Positions 35,060 to 48,176 of a stretch of DNA of 64,000 nucleotides are shown here, one piece after another. The position numbers and the translations under genes are program-made. Every line of letters begins with the position of its first letter. Within the stretch, counting starts at the first letter, position 1. The DNA is taken from the NCBI GenBank assembly GCA_001687465.1, contig LVLI01000364.1:1-64000 (forward strand). Reading direction: 5' to 3'. This stretch comes from Halocafeteria seosinensis (taxonomy: Eukaryota). The notes beneath the pieces were generated by a model, which was not told where the DNA came from, did no database searches, and worked only from the letters and a program-made list of their open reading frames with translations.

Positions 35060-36331
35060 TATGGAGTGGAATGAATTAACACTCTGGAGGGCGACTGCCC
35101 TCCCAAATGAGGAGCAAAAAGCCCGGCAGGGGCTGAAAGATCTTATCAAGCAAGGGGATTTAGACACCGCAGTGCGCGTTCGAAGGTCGATTGAGGCCAG
35201 GATCGATTCCCTGGAGGATTTTTACATGCAACATGTTGAAGATGATAGGGCTGTGCTGTTCGAGAAACATAGATTGAAACTGAGAAAGCTTCTGCAAGAG
35301 TTCGAATCTGGGGAACTGGAGAGAGAGGTTGCGCAAGACACACAGAAATCAGGGACGTCTTCGCCTCCCTCAATTAGGAGTGGGCAACAGCATTCGCCAA
35401 CGTACTCGACTTCGCCTGTGAATACATCCAGCCCTGTTTCAGGAGGCTCGCCCCTAGCTTCGCGTTCCGGGCCACCGTTTGACCAACAAGCTCAGCAACA
35501 CTTTTCTGCACCCATTGCTCGTTACGGATCACAAAGCCAAGACCAAGCCCTTGCAGTTTCGCAAACGTCACCAGAGGTTATTAGAAATCTTAGAGAAGAC
35601 AGTCGCTTGACAAAAGAACAGTTGTTGGCGTGGCTAGATCAGGTCGGCCGTCAATCGATGCCTACCCTGGATGATGAGCTGGCCGGTGCAGTCTACGATC
35701 ACCTGACAAAGAACTCCATGGATGACAAAATGAGTATTCGAGAATTGAAGTCCTGGTGGCTTTCTTTTGGTAGGAATGGGGCGTCTATCTACAATCTATA
35801 TCCGACGTCGAAGCGCGACGCAAAAGCGAGCAGAGAGATGGCCAACCGTAAGACTCGCTCCCGGACGACGTCAACCTCTACGAACCAAGGACTCTATCCA
35901 TGGGAGCATCCTAGTGTACGGAAGTTCGAAGCAGATATGCCTGTTCAGGATGTATCTAGTCTGGCTGACCTAGGCATTGAAGAGAAGGTTATTGATTTTG
36001 CAGTCGAGCTTACACCAGCCGAATATAAGGAGCTTCAGCTAAGAAAACGAAGGCATTACGCGGAACAAAAGTTTATGGACCGGCTACACAAGTCTAAGGC
36101 GCGAAGTGAATCACCCGTCGACGGAGAAAGTCCTTCCAAAGAGCAACCGTCGCTAAGGGAAAGTGCTCCCTACCTTGAACCAAGCAAACTCGAAGAGCGC
36201 ATCTTTAGAAGCTCTGATCCTGACAAATGGTAAGTTGGCGAGCGCATAGTCGTCCTAAATAGGAAGGTACACAACCAGTTTGGTGGGTTTGCAGGTTGAC
36301 TGCCAATGGATGGCAGCGTAAAGAGAAGTGA
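35060..36331 (+). CDS. Hypothetical protein (~400 aa), possibly with a degenerate EF-hand-like segment
   Basis: 407-codon ORF ending at a GTAAGT donor (36230); short last exon W-LTANGWQRKEK* after TTTGCAG. Confidence 0.7.
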
Positions 36332-36462
36332 TTCGTTCGAGGCCCACGTACTTTCTTTCGGAAGACGAGGGCAGTCGTATTTGATTTTCTTAATGAAGTT
36401 GAAGAGAATAAGGGACCTACAGTACAACTCATGCACCATGTGTGATCAATGTACAAAGTCCT

Positions 36463-36781
36463 CTAAGTTCTTTCATTGCTTTCGGATTCTTTGTCTTCCT
36501 TGCCTTCTTCGTTGCTCTTGCCGGACACTTTTTCGCGAACCATTTTCACTGGCTTAGCCTCCTTCACCTGCATTAACGCAAGAATGTACTTCCATCAAAG
36601 CAATTTCATAAATGAGGAAGGGCGCTGGGGGGTCTCCTACCTTGTCCACGTTTTGGCGAGCCAACTTCTTCGCATCTTCAATTGCGGCATCACCATGCTG
36701 TTGGTATTCATACGTCGCATAGCCTCCAGCTACCAGTAATGTGACCAGTGACGCTGTTTGCCAGGTTTTTAGCTGGGCCAT
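36463..36781 (-). CDS. Small protein with one N-terminal TM segment; one intron
   Basis: MAQLKTWQTASLVTLLVAGGYATY..NVDK|gtagga..tgcag|VKEAKPVKMVREK..NERT*. Confidence 0.65.
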
Positions 36782-37303
36782 TTTCTCCCCGCTTAACGTG
36801 TTAGAATATAAACTTCAAGTGCACTGCATACCACTACAAAGACATTTAGTGAGAAGTCTGAACCACAGCCAGTTCATCACCGGGATACAATAAAGTACAT
36901 ACTCCAAGTAGAGTTCTGAAAGGAGACTCAGGAGTGACTTACAGTGTTTCGAATGTGGTAGAACACAGCACGGTTTTCAAAGTACTTCTCGACCAAAGTC
37001 CCGGTTGTGGGAAGAAACTTTTTATCCAGTTGTTCTGCCACTTTGTTCGCTAAATAAATGCGTCTCTTTCTCTCAGTACTTTCCGGGTAGAATTTCTTCT
37101 TGCTTCAAGAACAATACAGTAGCATGAATAGTTTGAAAACTTCACGCCTTCCACCGCAATGAGCTCAAAGCCCGCGATTCGACCAACGTCTTGCTTCAAC
37201 AACACGTTTCTTCAACTTCGAACTTCAAGCCGAGCTTCACAAGCTTATATCTGGACACGATTGTCATGTCTTTTGTAGCCTCTATAGCCCTTATCTCACC
37301 ACC

Positions 37304-38676
37304 ATGAAGGCCATTCTCTCCTCGATTAGAACGGTCCTCCGACGGAGGAGCCCCTTAGTGGTGTGGAGAAGCCGTCCAGCGGGAGTATTGGGCAACGTAG
37401 CCGGGACAACTCAGCGTGTTGCCTACTTCAGCCAGGAGGCAGCACCGGGAACACATGCTACAGGAGGACATACACAGACTTCCGAAGCGACACAAACAGC
37501 TGAAAAGGATGAGGATGAGTATTTCCACGATCCCAAGGAAGTGATACTGGAAAAAGCTCTAGAGTTTGTACCGACACATGGGTATGTAGTCTTGCTGCGC
37601 GATCTGAGTCTTACGCTTGATTCGTGCTCGGCTATACAGATGGTCTAAAGAAGCATTGGCAGCTGGGGCAGTAGAGGCAGGGTATGTGTATCTTCAGGCT
37701 TTCATTTCCTACTAATTAATGCGGACAGTTTGTGCCGTGTCTTCGCGCACCTCCAGATTCCCGTCTGTCTCTCATGGAATGTTCCCCAATGGCGCGTTTG
37801 ACTTGATTGACCACGTCATGCAGCAAGCCAACCTTAAAGTGTCCCATCACTTAGAAGATTTAGCACTTAAAGAAGAACTTCATGAATTACCAGTGAACAT
37901 AAGGATTCGAGAAGGGATCAAGACACGGATACAGTATTTATCACAGTTTAGGGATGTGTGGCCGCAGGCAATGGCCCAAGGTTTATATCCTGAATACCTG
38001 GCGACCACAGCAATGCGTCTGGCCCACGTCGCAGATGAAATCTGGCATCAGGCCGGCGATCACTCGACTGATGTGAACTGGTACACGCGGCGTGGATTTC
38101 TAGTAGGTGTTATTATTTCCTCCGAACTCCACATGCTTTCTGATACATCTGCGGATCTTGACGACACCTGGTAAGGCTGGGTGAATATTCCAGTAATTCG
38201 TAAAGTGTGTATGTGCTATACTTCTTTGCGTTCATGTGCTATTACTCCACAGGGCCTTTGTTGACCGAAGATTGGACGATGTATCTAGTATAGGGTACTC
38301 CGCGGGCTCCATTTCAGCAGTTTTCAATGCGGGCCTACTGGCTGCATCGAGCATGATGGAAACGGTATTGGACCTCGTAGGGCCTTTACTAAGAGTGGGT
38401 ACTGGCAACTTATCGAGCATTATAAGCTCATTTTCTGGGTTATTCGAGCAGGTGCTCTCCCAGCCAAAGTCTGCCCAACACGGTGGCGACGATTCTTCAT
38501 CAGATTACGGGCGAGACTTCGCTGGAGACTTTTTCAACCCATCTAGTAGTACTGATATTGGAACCACTCCGCAGGAAGGGCAACAACACACATCGAAAGC
38601 TGCAGATATGTCACAGGATCTCTCTGGAACAACTAGTTCTCCGAGTTCATCTGAAACTGGTTCCGGAAGGTCGTGA
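37304..38676 (+). CDS. COQ9: Ubiquinone biosynthesis protein COQ9, mitochondrial; 3 introns
   Basis: Arg-rich presequence; ILEKALEFVPTHGWS, FPNGAFDLIDH, ADEIWHQAGDHSTDVNWYTRR, SELHMLSDTS..DTWAFVDRRLDDV. Confidence 0.92.
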
Positions 38677-38927
38677 TTTTTTTACTAGCAAAAATTACAA
38701 TGCAACCACCTTAGTATTGAAAACAATGTGAAATCCATTTTTGGCCTCCCCACTTCATATTGTAACCCATTTGTAAAGCCACGTTGTACACTTCATTGAA
38801 ATGTACTGTACTTCAATCAAGGACAGCAGTCCATCGTTTTTCCACAGTTTGTGTGACTTGACTTGTTATTACGCTACACACGTGGGATGTATATTTTCTA
38901 AATTTGCTGTATGGTGTCCTTCATAAA

Positions 38928-39321
38928 ATGAATTCTGCTCTCAGAAAAGCTCGAGACTTCTTTGGAGGTCATCTGAACCGCAACCAAAGGTGAGGAAGTA
39001 GACTTTGCCACTTGCATTGGAGGACAAAATTATGTTTGTTGAGTATGCAGATTAGGGGCGTGGTTGATTGCCCTAGGAGTAGGGTATGGATGGTATAGAT
39101 GGGATCGTCAGCGCCGTGCCGACAGTGTAGTGCGATATGACGGACAACAAGGGGCATTTACGGAGAAGGAACAAAATGCGTGGAATCGCAAGATAGCTGC
39201 CGATAATCCCGGGAGCTTTCAATCCGAACAAGCTAAAGAGGCACATGTTAGAGCTGAGGAGATTCGTCGTGAAAAGCGAGAAAGACAATACGAGCCAGTA
39301 CAAGAAGAGGATCGTACTTAA
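38928..39321 (+). CDS. Small single-TM hypothetical protein; intron ~38990-39050
   Basis: MNSALRKARDFFGGHLNRNQ|RLGAWLIALGVGYGWYRW..FTEKEQNAWN..EEDRT*. Confidence 0.65.
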
Positions 39322-39358
39322 GTAGCAGCACGCTTGTGCTATTTTCTCTTTGAGTCTA

Positions 39359-40286
39359 CTACGATCTCGACGAAGACTCATCGTCATTTTCATTCTTGGA
39401 TTTTTCCGTACGTGTGGCCCACGTCTGTGCCTCTGAAGAAGGCCGCGGAAAGTTCTTAGACTCTACGAATCCGCTATTAGCATCCATTATAGCTTGTGGG
39501 ACCTCTTGCTCCCTATTGAACAAGAGGACAGGCTTTCCAGCCCATTGGCGGACACGATCCATCCCTTTCTGTGCTGTCAAAGAAGGTTCAACGATAGCTG
39601 GTGCCGGACGGAATGATGGATCGAGCTGAATTCTGCTGTGCTTATTCTGATCCATGAGTACGACCGAGCCATCCAACATTCTCATTTCTGGACGCCCTTG
39701 TCGGACTGTCATTTCCGCTGCTACAGCGGGTTTCTCAAACATAGAGCTTGTAGGATGCGTTAGTAGAATACGGTCTGCTGCTAGTGTCTTGACTCGAAAC
39801 TGGCGGTTTCGTCTCGCAAACATAATTCCACAGCCAGCTATCATAGTGCCCCTGCATAGTGCGTCACTATACAGTATGTCGATGGTCGTCGACCCTCATT
39901 GTTAGCAAACTCACCATAAGAGCAAGTTTTGTATCTCTAATGCTTTAAGACGATGTTCCATTTCGCGAATCGAACCTGCGTCAGCGCCCCCGTCTGCAGT
40001 GACAAAGATCGGTTCCTGACCAATTGTACCGTGGGTAGTACAGAGGCCGGGGTTCAAAGAATGACGTACTTCCTGCTGCGCTTTCCGTGCTCGATGAAGC
40101 GCCCCTTTTCTTCTGCTGTGTGTTCTGTCTCTTGAGTAGTTCCTCGGCCTTCTTCTCCATATCTTCGTCCGAAGTCATGGTACCACCCCTTGTGGGACCA
40201 TTCCCGCTGGAAGTATGCTCATTCACCGACTTCTGCTCCTCCTCCTCAGAGGAGCCCGAGAACCATGATTTAATTCTTTCTGTCAT
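39359..40286 (-). CDS. Hypothetical single-TM protein; 2 introns
   Basis: Splicing gtacgt..tgcag and gtgagt..tgcag joins MTERIKSWF.. to IREMEHRLKALEIQNLLLWGTMIAGCGIMFARR and the 161-aa ORF. Confidence 0.65.
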
Positions 40287-40477
40287 TTCCTTTCAAGTTT
40301 TGGCCCCTCCTTCAATCCAGATCTTCTACCAACAACACTTTTTATATACCACCACTTCTGTAGAGGTCATCGGCCTTCCGTGGTCCATCAGAAGTATGTG
40401 AAGTTCTGGAATTGATATTTGTTTTCCGTGCCTACAAGTAGTTATAAGGGAATAAAGAAGCCCGTATTTGCATTACC

Positions 40478-42161
40478 ATGGCGGCGGCATCGAGTGTCGA
40501 TAAAGCTGCCCTCGGGAGCACGGATGAGGAGATTGATCAAGTCATTGATCAATTCATGCAGTTGTCGCCGGCCGATCGAGCACGTATTCGGGGAGCTACA
40601 TTACGTCGAAAAGAGCACCCGGAAGCCCCTTCGCAGTACCCTTGTGTCATGGGAAATCACCCGGGTGAAGTGTATGAGATCGTGGAAGAGGAGGAAATGC
40701 ACCCCGTCTTCATGAACGACGAGCAAATTGAACAAGAGTCAGCCAAAGGGAACACATACGTAAAAGGCCTCATGCACTCGGAATACTCGGATGAACAAGG
40801 TCCGATGGAATTAGCAGCCTCGTGCAAGGCACGAGGTAACGAGTCGTTCAAACGAGGGAAAGCGTACTTTGCACAAGCGCTACGATTCTACAATGTACGT
40901 GTGACTCTGGGCGGAAGTTCACAATGGAGAGTTATGTATGCGTTTGCACATCTGCAGGAAGCCCTAGAGCATTGCGAAAATATAGAGAAAAAAGATCAAA
41001 ATGCAAAAAAACTAGAATCAGTCGCTAGAAGCAATCTAGCGGCGATATACTTGGTAGGTTGAGTTGATACTTTGGTATCGTTTGCTGTAGTTATAAAACA
41101 CCGCTCGATACAGACTCGGGAAAAATATTCATATACAATTGTAGAGACGGAAAAGGCTTTGGAGCTTTGGAGTGGAAATGTAAAAGCGGCATATCGGGGA
41201 GCCAAATCGGCGGTCCATTTGGGCCACTACAAGAAGGGCAAGCGCCTAGCTGAACAGGGGTTAAAGAGTGAACCGGATAACAACGCACTAAAAAAACTGG
41301 CTAAAGAAGCGCAAGAAGGGATTGAGCGAAACGAAAGACGACAAGTAAGTGATGAGCTTTGGAATGGAACAGTGCTAGCAATCTCTTGCACTTTCTTGAC
41401 TGCAGAAGGAAAAAGAAGCTAAAGAAAAACAGATGCGTGAAAGGGTAGAAACGCTGCGAAGATCGTGTGAAGAACGTGGGATTCAAGTAGCCAAGCCCGT
41501 CATGAGCAATATGCAGAGTGTAGATAATTCATATCCGTATATTGACGAGTATGATTGCGTGCATTGGCCTGCACTGCTCTTGTATCCTGAACATGGCCAG
41601 ACTGACTTCATTTGCGACTGGCCTGAAGTTGTTACTTTTCATGATCAAATGTCAGAAGTATTACCACAGAGCAAAAAGCATGCTCAGGAGTGTCCTGAAT
41701 TAGTGGCTCAATGGGACACGAAAAAGCAATATCGACTGGATAATGTAGATTTCTTTTACCGTGCAAACTGGAAAAAATCTGTACCGCTGAACGAAGCTTG
41801 GAACTGGTGGATAAAGCCGGAAGAATACAACCATGAAGATGACGAGGAGGATGAAGAAATCCTTCAAGAGGCTCTAGAGACGACGCAGTCTACGACTAAT
41901 AAAGCTAAACAGAAGAATGCCAAACCTAGTGCGAAGACACTTTCAAAGAATGTTAAATGGGGTAAAAATGACTGGGTCAGAGTGCCTGGGCATGCACCTC
42001 TGCTGTTACCATTGGTACAGAAAGATCACGTTGTAGCTGACATTCCTGTGTTTTTCGTTGTGGCAAAGAATACTGATTACTATATGAATATGATTGCTGA
42101 GGCAAAAAAGGAGGGACACTCGTTCAGAACGCTCGAAGTTCCAGATTTTGGAGGACAATAA
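40478..42161 (+). CDS. TTC4: TPR co-chaperone TTC4/CNS1; about 3 introns
   Basis: HPVFMN, ELAASCKARGNESFK, SNLAA, NVKAAYRGAK (TPRs) and wheel-domain motif VHWPALLLYPEHGQTDFI. Confidence 0.88.
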
Positions 42162-42347
42162 GACACATACAAATTTTACCCAATATTTAAAATGCGCTAC
42201 CAGTGATTGTGTACATTCTGACAGTGCCAAAACACCGTAATTAAAATCGTTAGTCCGAATAGGTTGGCATTTTTGGAATGGTCGAATCCACGACCTTGAC
42301 GAACTCCATCCTTTCGTCTAATTTAATCAATTTAATAGTCGTGGCGT

Positions 42348-42988
42348 TCATTGCGCATTTAGCAGTGCAGTATCAAAGAACTTCAGATAGACGGCGATGG
42401 CTAATACTACGATAGGGATAAGGTATCCCAGGTTGCTGCCGCCATGGCTGTCGTCTCCTGCAGTCCTCTGAGCAGACCCAGAACCACTTCCACTGGACTT
42501 CTTTTTGTCTTCGTCCTGTACATTCCCGGAATTTATAAAGAATACAAGGATAATTGGCGTTATATAAGCCGTGGAAAAGAACTGAGCTTACATGAAGTTC
42601 GCCTATATAGTAATCGGGAAGCATCTTTCGAGCGCTCTGGCTATGCCCCGTATCTTCAAATCTGCATCCACACAAAGTGCCGCAGTAAAGGACCAGTATA
42701 CGTGACAAAATTCAACGTGAACACTCCATAGCGAGACGAAAAGCGTCTAAAACACTGGAAGTGTCAGATTGCTCCAGGACGTATTCCGTTCACTTACTCA
42801 TCCGTCGCGTCTTTTCCAGCGTTCTCCAGCAGTATCTCCGGTCCCCCAGGATGATCAGCCATAAAATTGGTCACATCGTACACCTTGTCGTGTATAACCA
42901 TCCAACAATCGCTCTCTTCTGTATGTTGAGCTACCTCCTGTAAGCGGTACGCACCGCCGCTTTTCTTCTCATTCCCTTCAGACGACAT
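42348..42988 (-). CDS. CYB5: Microsomal-type cytochrome b5 with C-terminal TM anchor; 2 introns
   Basis: EVAQHTEESDCWMVIHDKVYDVTNFMADHPGGPEILLENAGKDATDE|FEDTGHS..YYIGEL|..LGYLIPIVVLAIAVYLKFF. Confidence 0.92.
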
Positions 42989-43550
42989 GGTACACTACTC
43001 GCGTATGTTACAATGGACACAAAGATTACGATATACACTTGTTTCTAGACGAAAATGGTCCCTATATACCATCTAAAATCAGCGATAAGAAGGCCAAAGA
43101 GTGATTTCCCGGCGTTCCGCCCGGAACCGGCCGGGCTGATCGCCCGGCTCGATAAGAAAGAATTCAAAAACGACGAATTCATCAAGTTGTTGTTCTTTGG
43201 CAAGTTTGCGTTCTGAGACACGATTAGTAGCTTTGCTAGAGTAAAAAACAAGACGTATACACTCAGGAAAACTGTGTTTGTGCAAGGTGCACATAGCGTG
43301 AATAGCAACTTCCCAGGATTGGAATTTGAGACAAGAATTCCTCTTGTCGTATTCCAGAAACTGCAAAGTGTCTTGAGTGCGTAGGTTCATTCCAAAAGCA
43401 TTCAATTTTGTTAAACTATACGACAAGATTACAGTTATAACCTAAATTGGGAGTTTAGTTGTAAGCAATAGTTCAGCACTACGATGGAATCGTTAGCTAC
43501 ATTTTGGAATTCCTTTTGTGTCTTTCAGGAACTTCAAGAAGCTTATTAAC

Positions 43551-46315
43551 ATGGACTCTAAATCATTTTATCGATCACTTCAAATGCTTTTTGCTCAGAG
43601 GCTTTCCAGTGATAGCTCCGCAGAGACATCTCATGCAGAGAAGCAACGAGACAATCCGTGTCGAAGCGGAAACGAACTGAAAACGTCTACTGGGCCCCCT
43701 AACTCTGCTACCCCAGATATCTCTAAGCGAAGTAGACCATATTGGTCTTCAACTTTCTCTCGTTCATTCGCTGCTATACACAGCCAACAAAGGCAAGAGT
43801 CCGCAGCCCCGAAGAAGCAGAAAGTGGTGCGAAGTTCAGTGGTGAGCGGCTCACCTATTCAGCAGCCCGAGCCACACTACTCCTGTGTAGACAGTAAACA
43901 ATATACGGGCATTCATCAATGGCAGCATCAAGGAGCTGAGCCAGGAACCAACACTGATGCTCGGTTCATTCGCAGTAACTTGCAGAGCGGCGTGAGTGTT
44001 TCCGCTCCACCGACGTCTTCGGACGATGAGACTGACCAGAACTGCATGCCTGAAATAAGCTCAACGTCTCACTATGGTCCACCGACAAAGTCGAACTCTG
44101 ACTGCTCAGTCGAGCATTTCACTCAAAACGATGACGAACGCGAGGACATCACGATTGAATTCTCAGAAGGCATCGTAGTTACACCGACGTGTTCGGACGA
44201 AGAAACTGATCAGAATCACATGCACGAAACAAGCGCCACATCTCAACAAATACTGAAAGGACCGGACACTACATCCTCAGAGTGTCAGGAAAATGTGAAG
44301 AAAACACTAAATGGAGTATATAGGAACTCTCTTGAACCCGAAGTTTGTTTGGATATTGTACCGTGGCGTCCATACGTTTCACAGGAGCAGGCCACGACTG
44401 CCATCGTTTTGTATCGAAAACAATCGGAAAGAGGACCAAAGCGTGCAGTCTGTGAGGATCTAGTAAAGTGGTCCCCCTCGTGTAGTCGTTCGGAGGCGGA
44501 ACAAAACGACGAAGTCACCGCATTATTGATCTACATGTTGCCTCAGGAGAATTCCGAACTAACGAAACCATGCGCTAGTGTCCTTCTTCTTTCCGACTCG
44601 GCCCATCCTAAGGCCTCTGTTTCAGAAATGGGAGAAACGAATGCCCCATCTCTTCCGGATACTGTTTCTTCCGAAATAGCTGTGTTTATTGCATCAGAAA
44701 CGACGATCTTTATTCCTCACGTGGTACTAACCTCTCGAGTCGCCGACGAAATGAGCTCATCAAGTGAGGATGGTGGTCAGGTTGGGGAACAAACTGGTAC
44801 CGAGGCTCCCATGAGTTGGGCCCTCGTTCGGTATACAGGCGAATTCAATAATACTACCGAAGGGAGGCTACTGCAGGACCTGACACCTTCGGAAACTGCC
44901 TTGGTGTGCTCCGTGCGAGCAACCCAAACCTCGACGGACGCTGACACAGGAATGGAAAAAGCCAATTCATTCATGCATGCAAGGCCAGCAAGGAAGCTGA
45001 ATCAGCAAACAGAATCGCAACCACATACTGAGAGCGATGTCCTAGTGGATGTCACCAAAAGAGAATCTCAGACTTGCGACACGTTGGGAATCAACGTGCC
45101 AACGCGTATGCCTATGCCGACTGAGAGTGTTCGAGTTTTCCAGGAGGAGACCAGAGTATCGTTCGTTGATACAGAAACAGAAGCCGACATTTCATCTGCA
45201 GTGGATAGTGGCTCCGAAGGGACTCCTCAACCTGAGCATACAGTGATTGGCAAAGTCGGAATAACACCGACTTCGAAAGAGGTGAGGGAGCATGACGCAA
45301 CACCCTCCTCCCTCGAAGGAGTGAAGAGGAGACTGCATTATGGCGGCATGTCTCTACCCGTGAACATTGTGGAGAACGACACAATGGAAAGACCAACAAG
45401 TAAGTTCTGACTCCATGCTGTTGATACCCAGACGATATCCGTGTACCGGTCTTTGCAGAGTCAACCCTCTCTTCTCGACCCCGCCCTAACCCGACCATAT
45501 CTGGAGACATTCCCTACAGTGCAACTACGGTATACCGTACACGCTTTCCGTACAACCGTCCGGAGGTACCCAGATACGAAAGCAAAAGCGGAGAGTTTAT
45601 CTACGAAGACGAATCACCAATACCGAACAGCCCCAATGGAAGAACAGATGCTTCTCGAGGAGCCATTGAGACTGCCCCGCCTGCAGACGATGCGGAGGAT
45701 CCATGTGAAACATCCATAGCGAGAATAGCTGAACGTAGTTGGCTGGCAAGGAGAAACAATGCTAGAGCTCTTCCTTCGGCAATGAAGCACAGCGGAGAGA
45801 AATCAAAGCGATCTTTGGGGCGTGTGCGATTCAAAAGGAAGGAACAGGAAGAGCCAGATCAGGCCGTTCAGAGATTAGACGGCATGCTACAGTCACATCC
45901 TGGTGACGTCGCCAAGCTTTCCGAGAGCACAGCAAATTGTGTCAACAAATGGGTCGGAGAAATTACCGAAAAGGAGAGGAAGGTAAAAGAGTACAAATCT
46001 AAAGCTGAGGATCTTGTCCAGACTTCTTCGTCTTTGAACGAGCTAAAATCCCGTGTAGGAACTATCCGAAGATACGCCAATCAAATTGACGAATACGGTC
46101 AGCCTGTTGATGTCGATTCCCAATTGATTTTGGATACTTTGCTTGAGGGTGACGGAGGAAAGAGAATTTCAAGAAAGAGCAACACTGACAGTAGCCCTGA
46201 GGTCTCAGCATCAGACGAGCCGTATGGCAGTGTCTACTCGCTCTACGGGGAAATGGGAACGAAGAAGAGACGCTTAACAAGTCTGAGACCGGTCGCTTCC
46301 AACAAGCAGGAGTAG
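43551..46315 (+). CDS. Low-complexity hypothetical protein; intron ~45400-45458; short internal duplication
   Basis: 630-codon ORF, GTAAGT donor, then an open frame into the 177-aa ORF; repeat PTSSDDETDQNCMPEIS / PTCSDEETDQNHMHETS at ~44009 and ~44183. Confidence 0.65.
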
Positions 46316-46327
46316 ACCAACGTCGGT

Positions 46328-47649
46328 CTACATACAAAACCCATTCTTAAATCCATAATATCCCATCACCAACCTAGATAAGTCCAGCAAGATTGTGACG
46401 AGCATGCATGAAGCAAGGCTCTCAACGGCTACTTTCGATAAGGACCATCGAGGGTCTAACCTGGAGTTCAAACGAACGTGTTGATGCATCTATGCTTCAT
46501 CAGGGACTCACTCAGTAGTACTTACCGATAGTGCATAGGAAAAGACACAATAAAGTAAGTCCCATATACGACGCTGCCTATTGTATACATGAACGTTCGG
46601 TCCTCAATATGATAGTACGGAAACTGTGATAGCAACACGTAACCAATGGTTGAATACATCGGAGCACTCAGCCCTCTCATATACATACGCCCTGAATCGT
46701 AAACGTTTCCATGAACGCGGTAATCCACGAAAGATTGAATACAAACAAACTTGTGCAGGCGAGCCGAGCAAAATGAATATGCTGACACAACTTGTAGATG
46801 GAAGTTTGCCGGAAGAGACGAATACAAATCTGCAAAGGAAGGATGTGCCGCGCAAACAGGCAATCTTAGGGTGTTGAATAGCATAGCGCTTACGTTCGTC
46901 AATGCGTGGTAGAAGCAAAAGTAAGCGTGAGTGGCAAGAAACATGGATATAGGGACCTGTAATGGCTCTCAGTAGACAGGCAATGCTGAGGATAGCAGGT
47001 TAGATGTCGCACTCACATTGTTGATTCGATGCGCATGAAATGTGTACGTTGCCCCGAGGAGATTGAAAAAGTAATGCGTCCAGAAGTAATTGCCGACGAA
47101 TCCGAGGATAAAGATCCATATGTTATCTTTCAGCCAGTACTGATCCCAAACTGGCTTATTAGCTCCCGGCTGCGATGTCAGAAGAATGGAGTAACCCGGA
47201 TCAGCATGGGCAGTCTTCCTGATGCAATGCTTACTCTGTTAGTATATAGCAATGGAACAATCCAGCAAGGAAGTGCCATTGCCAATGTAAAGAACAAATA
47301 CGACCATGGCCCGAAATGCTGCATTTCAAACTAAGTAGTCGGAGCAAGTTTCCTCGTAAAGGATCAGACGGCATACCTCATACGCCGAAGTAGCAATGAC
47401 AATTGCCATCATAGGGATCCACCCACAGAAGGCCCACATAATGAAAAACTTCTCCGTCCATTTTATTTCTGCATTGGAACTGAACACCTGCCACCCCGTT
47501 GACTCGGAAGTCGAGCGTTTAGTGCTTGTAGGTTTCGAGTTGTCATTCATCTGTTGCTCCACAACTTTCGGCGTCGGGCGTCTTTGCCGACTCGACGGCG
47601 TCCGAGAACGCGTGCTTGCTGGCGATCTACTGGAGCTTCTGCTCGGCAT
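46328..47649 (-). CDS. CPI1: Cycloeucalenol cycloisomerase (cyclopropylsterol isomerase); multi-exon
   Basis: KWTEKFF, FVGNYFWTHYFFNLLGATYTF..HRINNVP, FLATHAYFCFYH, TAFMETFTI, FPYY..DRTFMYTIGSVVYGTYFIVSFPM, ESLASCMLVTILLD. Confidence 0.92.
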
Positions 47650-48176
47650 CGTTTCCTCTTCACGAAATACAGTAGGGGGGAGGGAGTCAACTAACTTCTT
47701 CTAAACGGCGGACGAGGAAGCGTACTCGGTTTACCAGTAAAAAACTTCGGTAGCTTTTCGTCGCGTTTTATTGTATTACCGTGTACCACGGAGCTGTCGA
47801 AAACAAACAACAATCCTGTAATTCAATCACCTCGTGGTATTCAATGAGCTTTGGACGATCGCCGATCGGGGGATGGACTTCACAGTCCGAAGTGAGCCAT
47901 GGGCCATACATAGGCTAACATAGCCTATGCATTCATGGTCTCTAGATAAAGTTAACCCCTAGCGGACCGTATACAGCCACATGTTGTTATTATTTTGAAG
48001 GTATATCAGTATTTTGACTTGACACTTCCATATTGCGACCTGCTTCAAGGAAGCCTTATTACAGACACACAAGGACCAGTTTGACCGCGTTGACTTGTTT
48101 GTACCACCCATTGTATCTTCTTTTTCCCCGGCGTGTACTTATCTATCTACTTTTTGGAGCAGGACAAGCAAAAACA
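47650..48176. promoter_or_regulatory. Candidate bidirectional promoter shared by CPI1 and ERG28, containing an inverted repeat
   Basis: Divergent start codons separated by 527 bp; perfect 9-bp inverted repeat CATAGGCTA-aca-TAGCCTATG at 47909-47929. Confidence 0.4.

Noticed and set aside
39359..40286. HIG1/Rcf1 identity for the single-TM protein
   Set aside because: Only one TM segment and no QRRQ-type motif after splicing.
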